A stretch of DNA of 55,728 nt from Octopus bimaculoides (taxonomy: Eukaryota), in the NCBI RefSeq assembly GCF_001194135.2, contig NC_068991.1:9097131-9152858 (forward strand). Reading direction: 5' to 3'. The notes beneath the pieces were generated by a model that was given only the letters and a program-made list of their open reading frames with translations, did not search any database and was not told the DNA's origin. Below are positions 52,276 through 55,728 of this stretch, piece by piece (position 1 is the stretch's first letter; each line of letters begins with the position of its first letter). The translations under genes were made by a program, and so were the position numbers.

Positions 52276-52730
52276 TATATTTTTATATTTCATATATATA
52301 TATATATGTATATATATATTACTTATATTGTATATACATACAACCACATACACATAGACAGGCACGACCGTACACACACACATACACACACACACACACG
52401 CACATATAAACCTATAGTCACCGAGGTACTTTTAATGCACCAGTAAGTAATTTATTAATCGAACCAGCTAACAAGAAATTGCTATGTATGCCAATGGGAC
52501 TCTCCGGTTTACTTAAGAGTAGATTTATAATCAATTCCGCTACAGATGATTAACAACGGTATTCAGTAACTAATAAAATCCCAACACACTATCGTAATTC
52601 AACCTGCTGATACCCCTTCTTTCCTGCTCGCTGAGATATTGTCAACAGGGACACAGTGTTTATATCCATCTGTATAAAGTTTATAGATATATTCTAAAGT
52701 ATGTATAAATATATAAAATTTATACATGTA

Positions 52731-53305
52731 GTCGCAGGCGTTGGTATGCGGTAAGGAGTTTACTTCTAAACCACATGGCTTGGGATTAAGTCTCACTGCG
52801 CGGCACCTTGGGAAAGTACCCTATATCAGGGGTTTTCAAACTGTGGTCCGCGGACCACAGGGGGTCCGCAAGGACAAGACAGGGGGTCCGTGGACAGCAA
52901 ATACTTTTTATGGGCAATTTGATTTTATATATGTTTTTTAATCGAAATCTTTTAATTGACAATAAACCTATTTGTTAAATACTGTTAAATAAATAAATGT
53001 AAAAATATGTTATTTTAAGCAAATATTCATGTATAAATTTCATAAGCGTTTATAAGGGGGTCCCTAAGGTAAAGCTTGAAATATAAAGGGGTCAGCAAGT
53101 CAAAAAGTTTGAAAACCCCTGCCCTATACTATAGCATCGGGCCGGCCAAAGCCTTGTGAGTGAATTTAGTAGAAGTAAAACGAAAGAATCTCTCATAACT
53201 TAGCAGTCTGGCAAAAGAGACCGTTAGAATAAGTGCCAGGCTTAAATATTTTTCAAGGCGGTGCTCCAGCATAGCCGCAGTCTAATGACTAAAACAAGTA
53301 AAAAA
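52731..53305 (+). mobile_element. SINE family A interrupted by a hAT MITE
   Basis: Head GCGGCACCTTGGGAAAGTACCCTATA stops at 52826; the body resumes CTATAGCATCGGGCCGGCCAAAGCCTTGTGAG after 53129. Confidence 0.85.
52827..53121. mobile_element. hAT (Charlie-like) MITE, 295 bp
   Basis: Perfect 16-bp TIRs CAGGGGTTTTCAAACT and AGTTTGAAAACCCCTG; 8-bp TSD CCCTATAT (52819-52826) and CCCTATAC (53122-53129); subterminal GGGGGTCC repeats. Confidence 0.95.
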
Positions 53306-53511
53306 AAAAAGATTAAAGATATATTCTAAAAACTTATATAGATTATAAGGTGCAGCAGGCATGACATTGCAACCATCATGTGTTTTCGAGTTAAGTCCCG
53401 CTGGGCGGTACATTGGACAAGTGTCTTAGCTCCTGCTTAGTTAATTTTGTAGACGAAAACTGTGTTGAAGCTCGTTATATATATAACGAGCTCGTTAAAG
53501 TCTGTCATACC

Positions 53512-53551
53512 GGCCATGACGAAGGGAAATAGCCCTGAAACTCGAGTCGCC
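53512..53551 (+). ncRNA. Minimal hammerhead-like motif related to the one at 14225
   Basis: GGC-CATGACGA-AGGG-AAATAG-CCCT-GAA-ACTCGAGT-C-GCC. Confidence 0.55.
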
Positions 53552-53829
53552 TTTATATATTTATATTTATATATTTATATATTTGATCCTTTATATTGAA
53601 CACTCAATATTTCATCTACATTCAATACTTTCTTTCATGGTGCCATCCATTTTTATTTTATTTTATTTTATATTGTATATTGTATATTATATTATATATT
53701 GTATATTCCATATTCTATACCCCACATTAGTTCTGCAGGAATATAAATAAAACATAAAAAACAGACAGTGTTGGAACTCTTTTAAACAAAATAATATATA
53801 TATNNNNNNNNNNNNNNNNNNTATATATA

Positions 53830-54065
53830 TATATATGGGTGTGAGTGCGCTTATGTGTTTGTATTTGTCTTCTTCAACCGCTTGACAACGGATATTGATT
53901 TACTTATGTCTCCTTAACTTAGCAATTCGGTACGAGAGACCGATAAAATAAATAATAGGTTTTAAAAAATAAATACTGAGGTCAATTCGTTCGACTGATA
54001 AACCTTCAAGACGGTGCTTCAGCATGGCTGCTGTCCAATGGCTTAAACAAATAAATCATAAACGA
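53830..54065 (+). mobile_element. SINE family A 3' half
   Basis: CGCTTGACAACGG...TAACTTAGCAATTCGG...GAGACCGATAAAATAA...CTTCAAGACGGTGCTTCAGCATGGC. Confidence 0.78.
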
Positions 54066-55668
54066 TAAAAGACACTCTGTAATATAGAATTATGCCTCTG
54101 AAACAAAATGGTACTTCTCAGTAATTAACTGATACATATTTTACCAACTCTAGAAGGTTGAAACACACACACACATACACAAGGTTTGAGCGCAGGACAA
54201 ACGGCACAAAACTAAGTAACACAAGTCATTTCAGGAGTTGACTTAACCCGTTGCTCCATTTCACACCACCACTGGCTCATGGCTCTCTTTAGTGGTGACT
54301 TCGTTCTGCTACAAGCCTGGACCAAACCGGACTACGAGCACATTAATCAGAGAATCAGTCCAGCGACAGAAGCAGCTGAACTACACTGGCCATCTCAGTT
54401 TTTAATATGTCCGATACTTTCTGTGACATAGTATCATGTATGCAGACGAGGTCCTTCTGTGTCCAAGATACGTGAAGTACCCATCAACGTTTCCATCTTT
54501 TGCAGAAAATTGTAACTCGAAACGTAATGAGATGTAACCAAATACTTCAACGCATTCTGTCCTAGACTGTGATCTGCAACTCAACCGCCATTTTTACAAA
54601 TGAGTTGAAACAGAGAAGCGCTGTCCATATTTCTAAACAATCGCTTGAACATGAGTGATGCATTACATTGTTTTACTTCAAAGTTTTTAAGCACCAACAT
54701 CGACACCACCATAATAATATAGTTACTATCATTTTGTCCGTTTCAATGTTTCCGGTATATTTTCTTCGTTTTATATAATTTTCACTAAATCGCCTCTTCA
54801 ATTTTCTTATCTCGCTTTTATTTCATTTCTTCATGGCGACAGTACACTAGTTTGTTTCTTATTTTAATTTATCCCCAAAGTTCTTTTATGACGATTAGCC
54901 TTTATCAGTATAGTCCATTTTATTATTATTCCTAGCTTAGCTTAAAACAAATGTTCACAGCTTTAATAATCGTATATGTTTTACGATAATGCACCACATT
55001 CCGCCATACTTATACCATTCAGAAGTAGTTGGGATGCTTTCAAAGATGCATAAATAGACGCATTTGTTCATTCACGCACATACCCATACCCATTGATGAA
55101 CACACTTATATACACAGAAGCACACATACACATACTTACAAGCGAACACGCATACAGAAATATTCAAACGTTCATTTGTAGATGCGTTCATACACAAGCG
55201 TAGAGATGAGATGCAGATCGAAACGTAAATATCTTACGTCGTTAGAAGTTTATTTCAAATGATGGTATTTTATTACATACATTTATATGCTTACAGTTCC
55301 TTTTGCTCAGCTGGAGTTCACTTTTATTTTATATACGTATTTATTTATCCATTTATTTATTTATTTATATTAGAAAAAGTTTTGGTAATTGAGATAGCTG
55401 TCGCCTCAGGTTTTATCCTTCTTACTACCCCGCTGCAAACGCTACAGTTTAGACATGCGCATTGTTGTTAACGTGAATGTTCGCGACATCTTCATCAAAC
55501 ACTTTGAATAGTTTTACTGTAAAAGTTTGGTGTTCTTAGTTTTTAGTGACTATATTGGTTCTTTCGCTTTACAAAATACCTTTAGAATGACAATTTTATC
55601 GATGCCTTGCACAATAAACTCATAATAAGATGCTACTTCTGTACATATACATATATGTGTGTATGTAC

Positions 55669-55703
<35 letters not shown>

Positions 55704-55728
55704 CATATATATGATATATATATATATA

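Noticed and set aside
52216-52293. AT-only inverted repeat
   Set aside because: Low complexity next to a gap; probably slippage or an assembly artefact.
54402-54584. - strand ORF with RFELQFSAK..FTYLG (myosin-like or RT domain 7-like)
   Set aside because: Two incompatible weak resemblances; neither extends.
55203-55227. GAGATGA-GAT-GCAG-ATC-GAAACGTA
   Set aside because: Core mismatched, 3-bp helix II and no helix I; chance-level.

Overview
Repeat-rich eukaryotic DNA from a short-read scaffold with about 15 N-gaps, most flanked by microsatellites. The SINE families and TA/CA/TATG/GA microsatellites look like an octopus genome (inferred from repeat families I recognise). No protein-coding host gene can be called with confidence: most ORF-track entries are microsatellite or gap artefacts, and the only recognisable protein remnants are a Tc1 transposase and two RTE-clade LINE pieces. 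The rest is tRNA-derived SINEs, Tigger-like and hAT MITEs, a decayed initiator tRNA-Met copy and a few weak exon candidates. The most notable signal is a set of about ten hammerhead-ribozyme-like motifs from several unrelated repeat families. Nearly all carry a short self-complementary tract right after GAAA, as in the dimer-cleaving minimal hammerheads of Penelope-like elements. The best case (14039-14423) is a 345-nt unit bounded by an exact direct repeat, with nested base-pairing centred on the hammerhead, i.e. a retrozyme or circular-RNA-like candidate. Three foldback elements carry head-to-head hammerhead-like pairs. All pairings were found by eye; no folding software or database search was run.
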